Source of the DNA: an uncultured Oscillospiraceae bacterium
GTDB lineage: Bacteria > Bacillota > Clostridia > Oscillospirales > Ruminococcaceae
Length of the DNA stretch: 64,000 bases
Direction: 5' to 3'
Assembly (NCBI GenBank): GCA_964649845.1
Contig: CAZYSS010000001.1
Coordinates: forward strand, 15,009-79,008
Translations under genes and position numbers: made by a program
Notes under the pieces: model-generated
What the model saw: the letters and a program-made list of their open reading frames with translations, nothing else
The model's database searches: none
Told to the model about the DNA's origin: nothing
Shown here: positions 28,734 through 38,096 of the stretch, in pieces
How the letters are laid out: the number at the start of each line of letters is the position of its first letter
Numbering within the stretch: the first letter of the stretch is position 1

Positions 28734-29441
28734 TTACTGTTCCCATTCCACAAGCACTGATGAATCTATCACCGATGCGTCAAATCGGTAATGGCGCAGC
28801 ACATCATCGCGTTTCAGATAGTCCTCTTCCCTTACAGGCTGGCCACCGTTGTGTATTATATATGTCTTACCATCTTTTGTTCTTTTATCGCTCACTATAC
28901 CGATATGCCGGTTGTCTTTGAAAATCACAATATCTCCCGGCTGCCATTGGGAAATATCTGCGGTGTCTGCAGTTATTTCTGTGGCATATTTGTCAAAAAA
29001 CACTCGCAGGTTTACCACTCGGCGGAAATCTATGTCCGGGTCCCTTACATCCACACGAGGATAATCCAGGGGATGCAGTGCAATATCCCTGTCCACCATA
29101 AGACGCAGGCTGTAGCCTGCATTTCTGAAAGCACGCCACACCACATCTGTGCAGACGCCCACATCATCAGCCGGATAACCGCCATCCACATAACTGCCGT
29201 CATATCTGGGGTGATTTTCTGCATCCTGGCGGGCGCCAAGGAGTATTTCTGTATAGTCATCAATGCCATCGGCATCAAAATCCACAGGACTGGTCACAGT
29301 CTGTATACCAAAATCTGCGGCAGTATAGGATTTTTTGGGAATCAGATTATAATAATCTGCCAGCCTGTAACCACTGACAATAAAAGGCACAAAAGCAAGA
29401 AAGATAATAAATGCCGATACTCGGCCTACAATTTTCACCAT
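28734..29441 (-). CDS. DUF1287-like protein with N-terminal membrane anchor
   Basis: GVCTDVVWRAFRNAGYSL and PGDIVIF motifs recall DUF1287. Confidence 0.5.
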   Translation of the reverse strand: MVKIVGRVSAFIIFLAFVPFIVSGYRLADYYNLIPKKSYTAADFGIQTVTSPVDFDADGIDDYTEILLGARQDAENHPRYDGSYVDGGYPADDVGVCTDVVWRAFRNAGYSLRLMVDRDIALHPLDYPRVDVRDPDIDFRRVVNLRVFFDKYATEITADTADISQWQPGDIVIFKDNRHIGIVSDKRTKDGKTYIIHNGGQPVREEDYLKRDDVLRHYRFDASVIDSSVLVEWEQ

Positions 29442-29613
29442 AGATATGCTCCTTTTTATCCAATTATACCAGAAAAAAATTAAGATTTTATAAAGGATAT
29501 ATTAAATTGCAGTTTAATCTACCGATGTACGCTAAACTGTGAGGGACCGCAGCTCCCGGAATTACAGGAGCAGCTAACAGTCATCTCCTGCACGTTTGCT
29601 GCATTCATCATAA

Positions 29614-29642
29614 CAAAAAAGGTACAGCATTTCTGTTGTACC
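29614..29642 (-). terminator. Intrinsic terminator of the PPIase gene
   Basis: GGTACA / TGTACC stem followed by TTTTTTG on the minus strand. Confidence 0.6.
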
Positions 29643-29664
29643 TTTTACTCTTTTATATGTATGT

Positions 29665-30234
29665 TTATTTCCATGTTGGCGGAATCCAGCCGTGGTCCAT
29701 AATAACAGGTTCGCCGAATTCCATACCTGCCAGGTCCAGTACCACTTTTTCAATCAGCTGTGTTTCCACCGGTGTGGTTACAACATAACCTTCAATAGCT
29801 GTCTGCACAGGTGTGGTTTCCACTTTTTCCAGACGGTAAATTTCTTCCATACCTTCGATAACCTTGCCGAAAACAGGGTAGATACCTTTGTGTTCAGGGC
29901 AATCTTTCAGAGGGAAGAACGGTTCACAGGCAGCGTTGCCTTTTTCGCCGTAGCCACCCATACATACACAGCCCGGGTGTGATGGCAGTGGTTCAATTTC
30001 AGGATGGAGGTCTGCTTCACGTGGGATAAGGTAACGGCTGGTTTCATTGTGGAAAGCAGTGTAGGAAAAATCTACCCATTTGCCAGGTACCACACGTTCA
30101 ACAGGGTGGTTGTTCATTACGCCTGCCTGTACACATTTTACAAAGCTGGCAACAGTGTTTGGTGCGGCTTCCGGCAGCAGTTCAATTACAATTTTTGCTC
30201 CGTTTGCCATATAGATGGTTGCGGTTGGTTTCAT
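29665..30234 (-). CDS. Cyclophilin-type peptidyl-prolyl isomerase
   Basis: Cyclophilin-like core: IELLPEAAPNTVASF..., VFGKVIEGMEEI. Confidence 0.7.
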   Translation of the reverse strand: MKPTATIYMANGAKIVIELLPEAAPNTVASFVKCVQAGVMNNHPVERVVPGKWVDFSYTAFHNETSRYLIPREADLHPEIEPLPSHPGCVCMGGYGEKGNAACEPFFPLKDCPEHKGIYPVFGKVIEGMEEIYRLEKVETTPVQTAIEGYVVTTPVETQLIEKVVLDLAGMEFGEPVIMDHGWIPPTWK

Positions 30235-30256
30235 ATATATACCTCCTGTGGTATGT

Positions 30257-30763
30257 TTATTTGTTTTTGTCTTTTATTCCGATAATCATTGTGCCGAAAT
30301 ATCCGCGCTTTTTCAGAAAGGCCTCCAGATTTTTGCCATAATGGTCAGGCCCTGTGGAACTGCGGTATGTGTTGTACCCCACATAGCCTTTATCTGTATG
30401 GTGCATTGCTGCAAAATGTGCCCCTATTTTAAACCCTTTTCTCCACCAGAAATACAGTATGCACGCGTCTGATCTCTGCGCAATTTCATCAAAACGTTTC
30501 CTGTTGCGGCTGATTTCCACCGGGAAGCCCTGTCTGCGAAAAAACATGGCAGGAGCCAGAAAAAAAGTGCCTGCATTACCGTGTACAAAAGGCAGCATAT
30601 GCTCAAAATATTTTATCAGTCTTTCCGGTTTTGCCCTGTATCCCATAATACGCAGGGCATTATAGGTGGCAATCCAGCCACAGCCTGTGGCTGCAGATGA
30701 ACGCAGACCATAGCGCCACTGTTCTTCTGGTATATTGTTCTGGCAGTAAATAAAGTCTTTCAC
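30257..30763 (-). CDS. Hypothetical protein, possible papain-like/C39-like cysteine peptidase fold
   Basis: TGCGWIATYNAL (candidate nucleophile Cys) and GAHFAAMHH (candidate His). Weak. Confidence 0.35.
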   Translation of the reverse strand: MKDFIYCQNNIPEEQWRYGLRSSAATGCGWIATYNALRIMGYRAKPERLIKYFEHMLPFVHGNAGTFFLAPAMFFRRQGFPVEISRNRKRFDEIAQRSDACILYFWWRKGFKIGAHFAAMHHTDKGYVGYNTYRSSTGPDHYGKNLEAFLKKRGYFGTMIIGIKDKNK

Positions 30764-30920
30764 AGATGTTCCCCTCTGTTTTCTGATAATAACTGTCTTC
30801 GTGCTTTAACCCGGATTATATTAATTACAGTTTAGCAAAAATATGGGGCATCTGCAAGATTATTTGATAATTATCCCCGGGTATAGTATAATTTTTACAT
30901 ATTTTTCAAAGGAGTAGCCT

Positions 30921-31697
30921 ATGAACAGTCTGTGCACAGAATATATAAAACAGAATATTCCCACCTTTTATCACACTGTACAGGTGGCAGATATGGTGGT
31001 TTCCACCAATGACAGTTTGAAACAGCTGGCAGAAAAGGAAAGAGAAGGCTATGTGCTGATAGCAGACGGACAGACAGCAGGCAAAGGCCGAAACGGCAAA
31101 AGCTTTTTCAGTGAAAAAGGCAAAGGGCTGTATATGTCCATACTGCTGAAGCCCCGGTGTGATATATACCATTCACTGCTGGTCACCGCTGCGGCTGCCG
31201 CTGCTGCAGTGCAGGCGGTGGAAAACCGAGGTCCACAATGCAGCATAAAATGGGTGAACGATATCTATATAGCAGACAAAAAGGTGGCTGGCATACTGTG
31301 CGAAGCCGCCCTGAAGCCAAATAGTCCTGTTTTAGACCATTTAATATTGGGTATTGGCATCAATACCCACAAAAGCACAAAACCTGCAGAAATAGCGGAT
31401 ATTGCGGCAACTATAGAGGATTTTGCCCCTGCCCCTGACAGAAACAGGTTGGCTGCGGATTTTCTCACAGCGTTTTATAATTATTACAGCAATTTTGAAA
31501 GCCGTGAATTTATGGCGATTTACAATGGTAAATCCAACATAACCGGCAGGGAAATCACAGTGCACGAAAGAGGCGGCAGCTACACCGCCACAGCAACCGG
31601 AATAGACGATATGGGCGGTCTGATCATAAAAACCGCTGACGGAAAAGAAAAAACGCTGGTATCAGCAGAGATAAGCATAAGAAAAAACAGCCTGTAA
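30921..31697 (+). CDS. birA: Biotin--[acetyl-CoA-carboxylase] ligase (group I, no HTH domain)
   Basis: GQTAGKGRNGKSF (GRGRxGR-type biotin loop) and KWVNDIY. Confidence 0.8.
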   Translation: MNSLCTEYIKQNIPTFYHTVQVADMVVSTNDSLKQLAEKEREGYVLIADGQTAGKGRNGKSFFSEKGKGLYMSILLKPRCDIYHSLLVTAAAAAAAVQAVENRGPQCSIKWVNDIYIADKKVAGILCEAALKPNSPVLDHLILGIGINTHKSTKPAEIADIAATIEDFAPAPDRNRLAADFLTAFYNYYSNFESREFMAIYNGKSNITGREITVHERGGSYTATATGIDDMGGLIIKTADGKEKTLVSAEISIRKNSL

Positions 31698-31711
31698 AGG
31701 CTGTTTCTTTT
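31686..31711. terminator. Hairpin terminator overlapping the birA stop
   Basis: AACAGCC / GGCTGTT stem followed by a T-run. Confidence 0.6.
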
Positions 31712-31745
31712 TATATATATTTTTTGAAAAGGAAAATGTTGTAAA

Positions 31746-32177
31746 TCAATCGCCTACAGCGCAGGTTATTTCCCCTTTTACAGCAATTTTACCGTTTACT
31801 GTAGCCAGCACATCTGCAAAATAAAAGCCGCTGCGTTGGTTTGTCAGCGTCACTTTAAGGGTGAGCACATCTCCCGGCACCACCTGCTGTCTGAAGGAAA
31901 TTTTGTTTATTCCCGTGAAATATCCGATTTTGCCTTTGTTTTCTTCTTTTGAAAGTAACAGTACACAGCCTGTCTGCGCCAGGGCCTCTACGATAAGCAC
32001 CCCCGGCATAACTTTCTTTTGTGGGAAGTGGCCCATAAAATGCATTTCATTGGCAGAAACGCATTTGCGGCCGATGATTGTGTTGCCATCTTCACTGATT
32101 TCGTCAATGACATCCACCAGCAGAAAGGGGTAGCGGTGTGGAATAATCTGTTGTATTTGGTCTGAGTTGTAAAGCAT
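31746..32177 (-). CDS. fabZ: 3-hydroxyacyl-ACP dehydratase
   Basis: IPHRYPFLLVD ... HFPxxPVMPGVL motifs. Confidence 0.9.
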   Translation of the reverse strand: MLYNSDQIQQIIPHRYPFLLVDVIDEISEDGNTIIGRKCVSANEMHFMGHFPQKKVMPGVLIVEALAQTGCVLLLSKEENKGKIGYFTGINKISFRQQVVPGDVLTLKVTLTNQRSGFYFADVLATVNGKIAVKGEITCAVGD

Positions 32178-32178
32178 A

Positions 32179-33417
32179 TTATTCCTCCCACTTTTTCAGA
32201 ATGATTGAAGCATTGTGGCCGCCAAAGCCAAGAGAATTGCTCATTCCATAGCGTATATCCGCCTGTCTGCAGCTGTTGGCCACTATATCCAGGTCGCAGG
32301 CCGGGTCTGGGTTTTTATAGTTTATGGTTGCAGGCACAATGCCCTGCTGCAAGGCCTTTAATGTGATGATTGCCTCCACTGCTCCGGATGCCCCCAACAG
32401 ATGGCCTGTGTTGGACTTTGTGCTGGAAACCATCAGCTGTGCGGCGTGGCTGCCAAAGGCTGTTTTTACAGCTTTTGTTTCTGTCTTGTCGTTCAGCGGT
32501 GTGGATGTGCCGTGGGCGTTGATATAATCAATATCCTGTGGCTGCAGACCTGCATCGGCAATGGCATCTGCCATCGCCTGTGCACCGCCGGAGCCGTCTT
32601 CTGCCGGGGCAGTAACGTGGAAAGCATCGCAGGTGGAGCCATAGCCCACAATTTCGCCATATATTTTTGCACCGCGTGCCCTGGCGTGAGTGTATTCTTC
32701 CAGTATAAGAACACCTGCGCCTTCGCCCATTACAAAACCGGAGCGGTCGGCATCAAAAGGGATGCTGGCCCTGGAGGGGTCGTCACCCATATGCAGGGCG
32801 CGCATAGCCTGAAAGCCAGCTATTGCCAGCGGTGTGATGGCTGCCTCTGTACCGCCTGCCACCATAATATCCTGACTGCCGTCACGTATTTTGTGGAAGG
32901 CTTCGCCAATGGCGTTTGTGCCTGCCGCACAGGCTGTAACCACTGCGGCACAGCAGCCTTTTGCACCCAGGTCTATAGCCACACTGCCTGCCGCCAGATT
33001 TACAAGTGCCATAGGGATAAAGTATGGCGAAACTCTGGCAGGGCCGCGCTGTGCAAGATTTGTCCGGGCAGACTCTATGGTTTCAATGCCGCCTATGCCG
33101 CTGCCGATGATTACACCCATACGCTGCTGATTTATATTTTTCAGGTCAAGACCAGCATCTGTCACAGCCTGCTTGGCAGCGATGCGTGCAAACTGTGTGA
33201 AACGGTCATTGAATTTGAAATCCTTTTTGGAGAAAAACCGGTCTGTGTCCAGATTTTTCACTTCCCCCGCCAGCTTTACACGGAAATCTGTGGTATCAAA
33301 ATGAGTTATTCTGTCAATGCCGCAAACTCCGTCCAGAACAGACTGCCACATTTCCTCTGCTGTGTTGCCGATTGGGGACAGTGCACCCATACCGGTGATA
33401 ACTACTCTTCTTTTCAT
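32179..33417 (-). CDS. fabF: 3-oxoacyl-ACP synthase II
   Basis: KRRVVITGMG..., active-site context ACAAG, and the HGTSTP and GHLLGA motifs. Confidence 0.95.
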   Translation of the reverse strand: MKRRVVITGMGALSPIGNTAEEMWQSVLDGVCGIDRITHFDTTDFRVKLAGEVKNLDTDRFFSKKDFKFNDRFTQFARIAAKQAVTDAGLDLKNINQQRMGVIIGSGIGGIETIESARTNLAQRGPARVSPYFIPMALVNLAAGSVAIDLGAKGCCAAVVTACAAGTNAIGEAFHKIRDGSQDIMVAGGTEAAITPLAIAGFQAMRALHMGDDPSRASIPFDADRSGFVMGEGAGVLILEEYTHARARGAKIYGEIVGYGSTCDAFHVTAPAEDGSGGAQAMADAIADAGLQPQDIDYINAHGTSTPLNDKTETKAVKTAFGSHAAQLMVSSTKSNTGHLLGASGAVEAIITLKALQQGIVPATINYKNPDPACDLDIVANSCRQADIRYGMSNSLGFGGHNASIILKKWEE

Positions 33418-33428
33418 ATTTTTTCTCC

Positions 33429-34166
33429 TTACATTGCCATGCCGCCGTCAACGCAGATAACCTGGCCTGTGATATAGCGGCTGGCATCTGATGCCAGAAA
33501 CGCCACCAGCTGTGCCACGTCCTGTGCTGTGCCCAGAGTGCCCAGAGGAATATGGGACAGGATTTTAGCTTTCACATCCCGGGACAGCACAGCAGTCATA
33601 GCTGTGTCTATATATCCCGGTGCAACTGCATTTACACGGATGCCGCGGCCTGCCAGCTCTTTGGCTGCTGTTTTGGTAAGTCCAACTACCCCTGCCTTGC
33701 TGGCAGAATAGTTTGCCTGACCCATATTGCCGGACAGTCCCACAACGCTGGACATATTGATGATTGCACCGCCGCGCTGTTTCATCATCTGGCGTGAAAC
33801 CTGCTTGATACAGTTGAAAGTGCCTTTCAGATTAACATTTATCACTGCATCAAAATCCGCTTCGCTCATACGCAGCAACAGATTGTCCTTTGTGATGCCT
33901 GCATTGTTCACCAGCACATCTATGTGGCCGTAATCCTTTACAATCTGTGCCACCATAGTTTCCACAGCGGCAAAATCTGATACGTCCGCCTTGTAAATCC
34001 TGCTGTCTGACCCCAGGGCAATGCATTCGTTCTGCACTGCCACAGCGGCTTCGTCACTGCCCACATAATTTATAATCACATTGTAACCCTGTGCCGCCAT
34101 AAGCAGGGCGGTTTCCCTGCCTATACCACTGGCTGCACCGGTAATCAATACTGTTTTCTTTTCCAT
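33429..34166 (-). CDS. fabG: 3-oxoacyl-ACP reductase
   Basis: SDR motifs TGAxxGIG, NNAG and YxxxK. Confidence 0.95.
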   Translation of the reverse strand: MEKKTVLITGAASGIGRETALLMAAQGYNVIINYVGSDEAAVAVQNECIALGSDSRIYKADVSDFAAVETMVAQIVKDYGHIDVLVNNAGITKDNLLLRMSEADFDAVINVNLKGTFNCIKQVSRQMMKQRGGAIINMSSVVGLSGNMGQANYSASKAGVVGLTKTAAKELAGRGIRVNAVAPGYIDTAMTAVLSRDVKAKILSHIPLGTLGTAQDVAQLVAFLASDASRYITGQVICVDGGMAM

Positions 34167-34167
34167 A

Positions 34168-35085
34168 TTATTTCAAAGCCTCCAATGCCTTGTTGAGAGA
34201 CGGTATGTCCTCTACTGTGTAAACAGGAATATCCCTGTTGATTCTGCGGACAAAGCCTGCTAGGGAATTGCCCGGACCGATTTCAACAAAGGTGTCCACA
34301 CCCTGTGAAATCATATATTCCACGCTCTGCATAAAGCGCACACTGCTTTTTATCTGCTGTACCAGCAGGTCTGCAACCGGCTGATTGCTTTCTGTGCCTG
34401 TAACATTGTACACAACAGGCAGCCGGGGTTGTTTTATATCATAATTATCCAGCACTGCTTTCAGCTGCAGGGATGCATCTGTCAGCAGGGGTGAATGGAA
34501 AGCACCGCTTACGTTCAGCGGTATTGCACGGCGCAGTCCTTTTCCTTTCAGCAATTCAATAGCAGCGTCCACCGCAGAATTTTCCCCGGTGATAACAATC
34601 TGCCCGGGGGCGTTGTAGTTTGCGATAGAGCATACGCCCACATCTGCCACAGCATTGCAGGCATCAAGTATGATTTTTTCATCCATAGCCATAACTGCCA
34701 CCATTTTTGTGGTTCCTGCTGGCAGTGCCGCTGCCATAATTCTGCCGCGCTGTCTCACAATGGCGCAGGCGTCTGCCACTGACATTGCACCTGCAAAGGC
34801 AAGGGCAGAATATTCACCCAGGCTTAGCCCTGCTGTATATGCAGGCTGTACGCCATATGCCGCAAGTATTTCTGCTATAGCCATAGAGGTGGCCACGATA
34901 CAGCTCTGTGCATAGGCGGTGTCGTTCAGTTTTTCAGCAGAGCCTTCAAAGCACAGCTGTTTTATATCGAAATCAAGGTTTAAATTATCATATATTTCTT
35001 TTGCGCTGTCATACCGGGCGTATAAATCTGCGCCCATACCCACTTTCTGTGAGCCCTGACCTGCAAACAAAAAACCAATTTTCAT
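34168..35085 (-). CDS. fabD: Malonyl-CoA:ACP transacylase
   Basis: FAGQGSQ and GLSLGEYSAL motifs. Confidence 0.9.
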   Translation of the reverse strand: MKIGFLFAGQGSQKVGMGADLYARYDSAKEIYDNLNLDFDIKQLCFEGSAEKLNDTAYAQSCIVATSMAIAEILAAYGVQPAYTAGLSLGEYSALAFAGAMSVADACAIVRQRGRIMAAALPAGTTKMVAVMAMDEKIILDACNAVADVGVCSIANYNAPGQIVITGENSAVDAAIELLKGKGLRRAIPLNVSGAFHSPLLTDASLQLKAVLDNYDIKQPRLPVVYNVTGTESNQPVADLLVQQIKSSVRFMQSVEYMISQGVDTFVEIGPGNSLAGFVRRINRDIPVYTVEDIPSLNKALEALK

Positions 35086-35087
35086 AG

Positions 35088-36173
35088 CTAACTCTCCTGT
35101 AATGCTTTATCGGCATCAGTAATCAGTTCATCCATAAGCTGTTTTACTGTGGTGATTTCTGTGATTCTCCATGCGTTGGAACCCACAAACACCAGACCTT
35201 TTTCAATATTCCCTTTTGCCGCCTGTATCAGCGCCCGTGAAATACAGTAAGGTGTGTCCTGTGGTTTGCAGGGAGTAAGGCAGGCAAGGCAGTTCTGCAC
35301 AGAAATATTGCCGCGCCGTTTTACTGCTTTCATAAAGTCATTCATCACCGCTCTACCCGGAAAGCCTGTAGGACTTTGGACAATGGCAATATCCTCTTTT
35401 TTACAATCCACAACAGCCTGCTTGAAACGAATGTCTGCATCACATTCTTCTGTGGCAATGAAACGGGTGCCTATCTGCACGCCGTCTGCGCCAAGGTTTA
35501 TAAAATGTGCAATATCCGCCCCTGTAAACACACCGCCGCCCACAAAAACAGGTATTTTTTTGCCGTATTTTTCGCGGCAGGGCTGCAGTTCTTTCTGCAC
35601 CTGTGGCAGAATTTCCTCCAGAGTTTCACAGCTATCAGAAAGTAAATCTTCTTTTTTAAATCCCAGATGTCCCCCTGCCTGACTACCTTCCACCACAACA
35701 AAATCTGGTGCTGTTTTGTGACGCCTGTCCCATGCTGATGTGATAAGTCGGATTGCCTTGCCGCTGGAAACTATTGGAGCCAACAGTATGTCCGCCCCCT
35801 GTGCCAGCCGTGGCAGTGACAGAGGCAGACCTGCACCGGAAATAATGGCATCTGCCCCTGCATCAATGGCGGCCTGAACCATATTGTCATACTCTCTGCC
35901 GGCAACCATAATATTCACCGCCACCATACCTTTGCCGTTGGCGGTCTGCTTCGCCTTTTTTACATGGTCAATAATCGCCTGACGATTGATAGCAGTGGAT
36001 TCCTGCCAGAAGCCGGGATAATTATATCCTGGGTGGGCCGCACTGATAACTCCCATACCGCCCTGCGCCGCCACAGCACCTGCCAGACCGGACAGGGATA
36101 TCCCCACACCCATACCGCCCTGGACAATAGGAACATCCAGAGTGCGGTCAGCTATTTTAACACTTTTCAACAT
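35088..36173 (-). CDS. Nitronate monooxygenase / FabK-like flavoprotein (second paralog, 361 aa)
   Basis: PIVQGGMGVGIS..., GVQIGTRF. An NMO-family TIM barrel embedded in the FASII operon. Overlaps upstream fabK by 7 nt. Confidence 0.7.
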   Translation of the reverse strand: MLKSVKIADRTLDVPIVQGGMGVGISLSGLAGAVAAQGGMGVISAAHPGYNYPGFWQESTAINRQAIIDHVKKAKQTANGKGMVAVNIMVAGREYDNMVQAAIDAGADAIISGAGLPLSLPRLAQGADILLAPIVSSGKAIRLITSAWDRRHKTAPDFVVVEGSQAGGHLGFKKEDLLSDSCETLEEILPQVQKELQPCREKYGKKIPVFVGGGVFTGADIAHFINLGADGVQIGTRFIATEECDADIRFKQAVVDCKKEDIAIVQSPTGFPGRAVMNDFMKAVKRRGNISVQNCLACLTPCKPQDTPYCISRALIQAAKGNIEKGLVFVGSNAWRITEITTVKQLMDELITDADKALQES

Positions 36174-37111
36174 TGTATCTTCTCCAGTTTTTGTTGTACT
36201 GATATGATTTCTGCCTTTGCGCCCTTTACCATATCATCGATAATGGCTGCAACGGTTTTTATTTCGTTGCACAGGCCTGCAATCTGGCCCATCATAACAG
36301 AGCCATCCTGAATATCGCCGTCAGAAACAGCTCTGCGCAGGGCACCCAGGGTGAGTTTTTCCAGTTCCTGTCTGTCGGCGCCCTGTTTTTCCAGATGCAG
36401 ATAAAGGCGACTCATACGGTTTTTATAAATGCGCACCGGTGTGCCGCCTGTGCGACCCGTAACGGTGGTGTCTGTGTCTTTTGCTTTAAGTACAGCCTGC
36501 TTGTAATTTGTGTGGATTGGACATTCTTCGCTTACCAGCAGACAGGTGCCAATCTGCACCCCCTCTGCCCCCAGAGCCAGGGCAGCAGTCAGTCCGCGGC
36601 TGTCTGCAATGCCACCTGCAGCAATGACAGGAATGGACACAGCATCTGCCACCTGCGGCACCAGAGCCATGGTGGTCTGTTCTCCTATGTGTCCCCCTGC
36701 TTCACAGCCTTCCACAATCAGCGCATCTGCCCCTGCGCGCTGCATACGCACAGCCAGCGCCACACTGGGCACCACAGGTATAACAACTGCACCGCTGGCT
36801 TTCAGGGCATTTATATACACACCCGGATTGCCTGCACCAGTGGTGACTACAGCCACCTTTTCCTGGCATAGCATTTCCATCATCTGCGGTGTGTTGGGGT
36901 TCAAAAGCATTACATTCACGCCAAAGGGTTTGTCTGTAAGGCTGCGGCAATCGGTAATTGCCTGTCTGGCCCGGTCCACAGTCATACCACCTGTGGCAAT
37001 AATACCCAGACCACCCCGGTTGGAAACCGCTGCGGCAAAAGGTGCGGTGGCTATATTTGCCATAGCACCCTGAATAACAGGGTATTTTATATTCAGCATT
37101 TCGTTTATCAT
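36167..37111 (-). CDS. fabK: Enoyl-ACP reductase II
   Basis: KYPVIQGAMANIA..., GVQIGT..., 314 aa, typical FabK length and position. Confidence 0.8.
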   Translation of the reverse strand: MINEMLNIKYPVIQGAMANIATAPFAAAVSNRGGLGIIATGGMTVDRARQAITDCRSLTDKPFGVNVMLLNPNTPQMMEMLCQEKVAVVTTGAGNPGVYINALKASGAVVIPVVPSVALAVRMQRAGADALIVEGCEAGGHIGEQTTMALVPQVADAVSIPVIAAGGIADSRGLTAALALGAEGVQIGTCLLVSEECPIHTNYKQAVLKAKDTDTTVTGRTGGTPVRIYKNRMSRLYLHLEKQGADRQELEKLTLGALRRAVSDGDIQDGSVMMGQIAGLCNEIKTVAAIIDDMVKGAKAEIISVQQKLEKIQC

Positions 37112-37127
37112 ATATATCTCCTGTAAA

Positions 37128-38096
37128 TCACAGCTCTAAATATGCAGAGCCGTAGGTAAATCCACCGCCAAAGCCCACAAGGATAATTTTCATTCCCTGT
37201 TTCAGTAATCCCTGCTCATGTGCCTGGGCAAAAGCAATGGGGATACTGGCGGCTGATGTGTTGCCAAAGTCTGCCAGATTGGTAAAGAACCTGTCCAGCG
37301 GCAGCTTCATACGGCGTGCCACGTGGGAAATAATCCTCATATTGGCCTGATGGGGGATAATAAGGTCTATTTCATCAATTGTTCTGCCTGCCATGGTCAG
37401 TGCTTCAGCGATGGCCTGTTCCATGGCCCTGATGGCAAAGCGGAAAACTTCGTTGCCATCCATCTGCAGATAACCAAAGGTTTTTTCTGTGTTCTGCAAT
37501 GCAGGGTGCATCGGCAGCGCTGCCGCCTGCAGGGTACCGCTGCTGTCCCCTATGCTCTGGGCATAGAAATGGAGCTGTTTTTCGCTGTCTGCCGCCTGCA
37601 TTACAAACGCCCCTGCGCCGTCACCAAACAGGACACAGGTATTGCGGTCTGTCCAGTCAATCAGCTTTGACAGGGTTTCCGCCCCGATTACAAGAGCACA
37701 TTTATATTGCCCAAGCATTGCCGCCGCTATATGTGCGGCATACAGAAAGCCGCTGCAGGCTGCATTTACGTCAAAGGCCATTACGTGATTGCCGTTGAGC
37801 CCCAGCATGTCCTGTACGAGACAGGCTGTGGACGGGGTGAAATTGTCTGCCGTCATAGTGGCCACAATAATCAGGTCTATTTCATTTTTGTCGATGCCTG
37901 AATTTTCTATGGCTTTTACTGCGGCGCGGTACGCCAGCTGTGAGGTATTTTCATCTGTGCTGACATATCGGCTGTGAATGCCTGTGCGTGTGACAATCCA
38001 TTGGTTAGACGTGTCCACCACCTGCGCCAGGTCATCGTTTGTGATACGTTGCCCTGCAACGGCATAGCCGCTGCCGGAAATCAGTATATTGTTCAT
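37128..38096 (-). CDS. fabH: 3-oxoacyl-ACP synthase III
   Basis: Active-site context NAACSGF, plus HQAN and GFGGG motifs. Confidence 0.9.
   Translation of the reverse strand: MNNILISGSGYAVAGQRITNDDLAQVVDTSNQWIVTRTGIHSRYVSTDENTSQLAYRAAVKAIENSGIDKNEIDLIIVATMTADNFTPSTACLVQDMLGLNGNHVMAFDVNAACSGFLYAAHIAAAMLGQYKCALVIGAETLSKLIDWTDRNTCVLFGDGAGAFVMQAADSEKQLHFYAQSIGDSSGTLQAAALPMHPALQNTEKTFGYLQMDGNEVFRFAIRAMEQAIAEALTMAGRTIDEIDLIIPHQANMRIISHVARRMKLPLDRFFTNLADFGNTSAASIPIAFAQAHEQGLLKQGMKIILVGFGGGFTYGSAYLEL

Noticed and set aside
29500-29618. Possible riboswitch or leader upstream of the DUF1287 gene (GC-richer patch with short GCTCC/GGAGC pairings).
   Set aside because: A good extended -10 promoter (TGGTATAAT) lies downstream of this patch and close to the gene, so the patch is probably not in the mRNA. 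I recognised no known riboswitch core.
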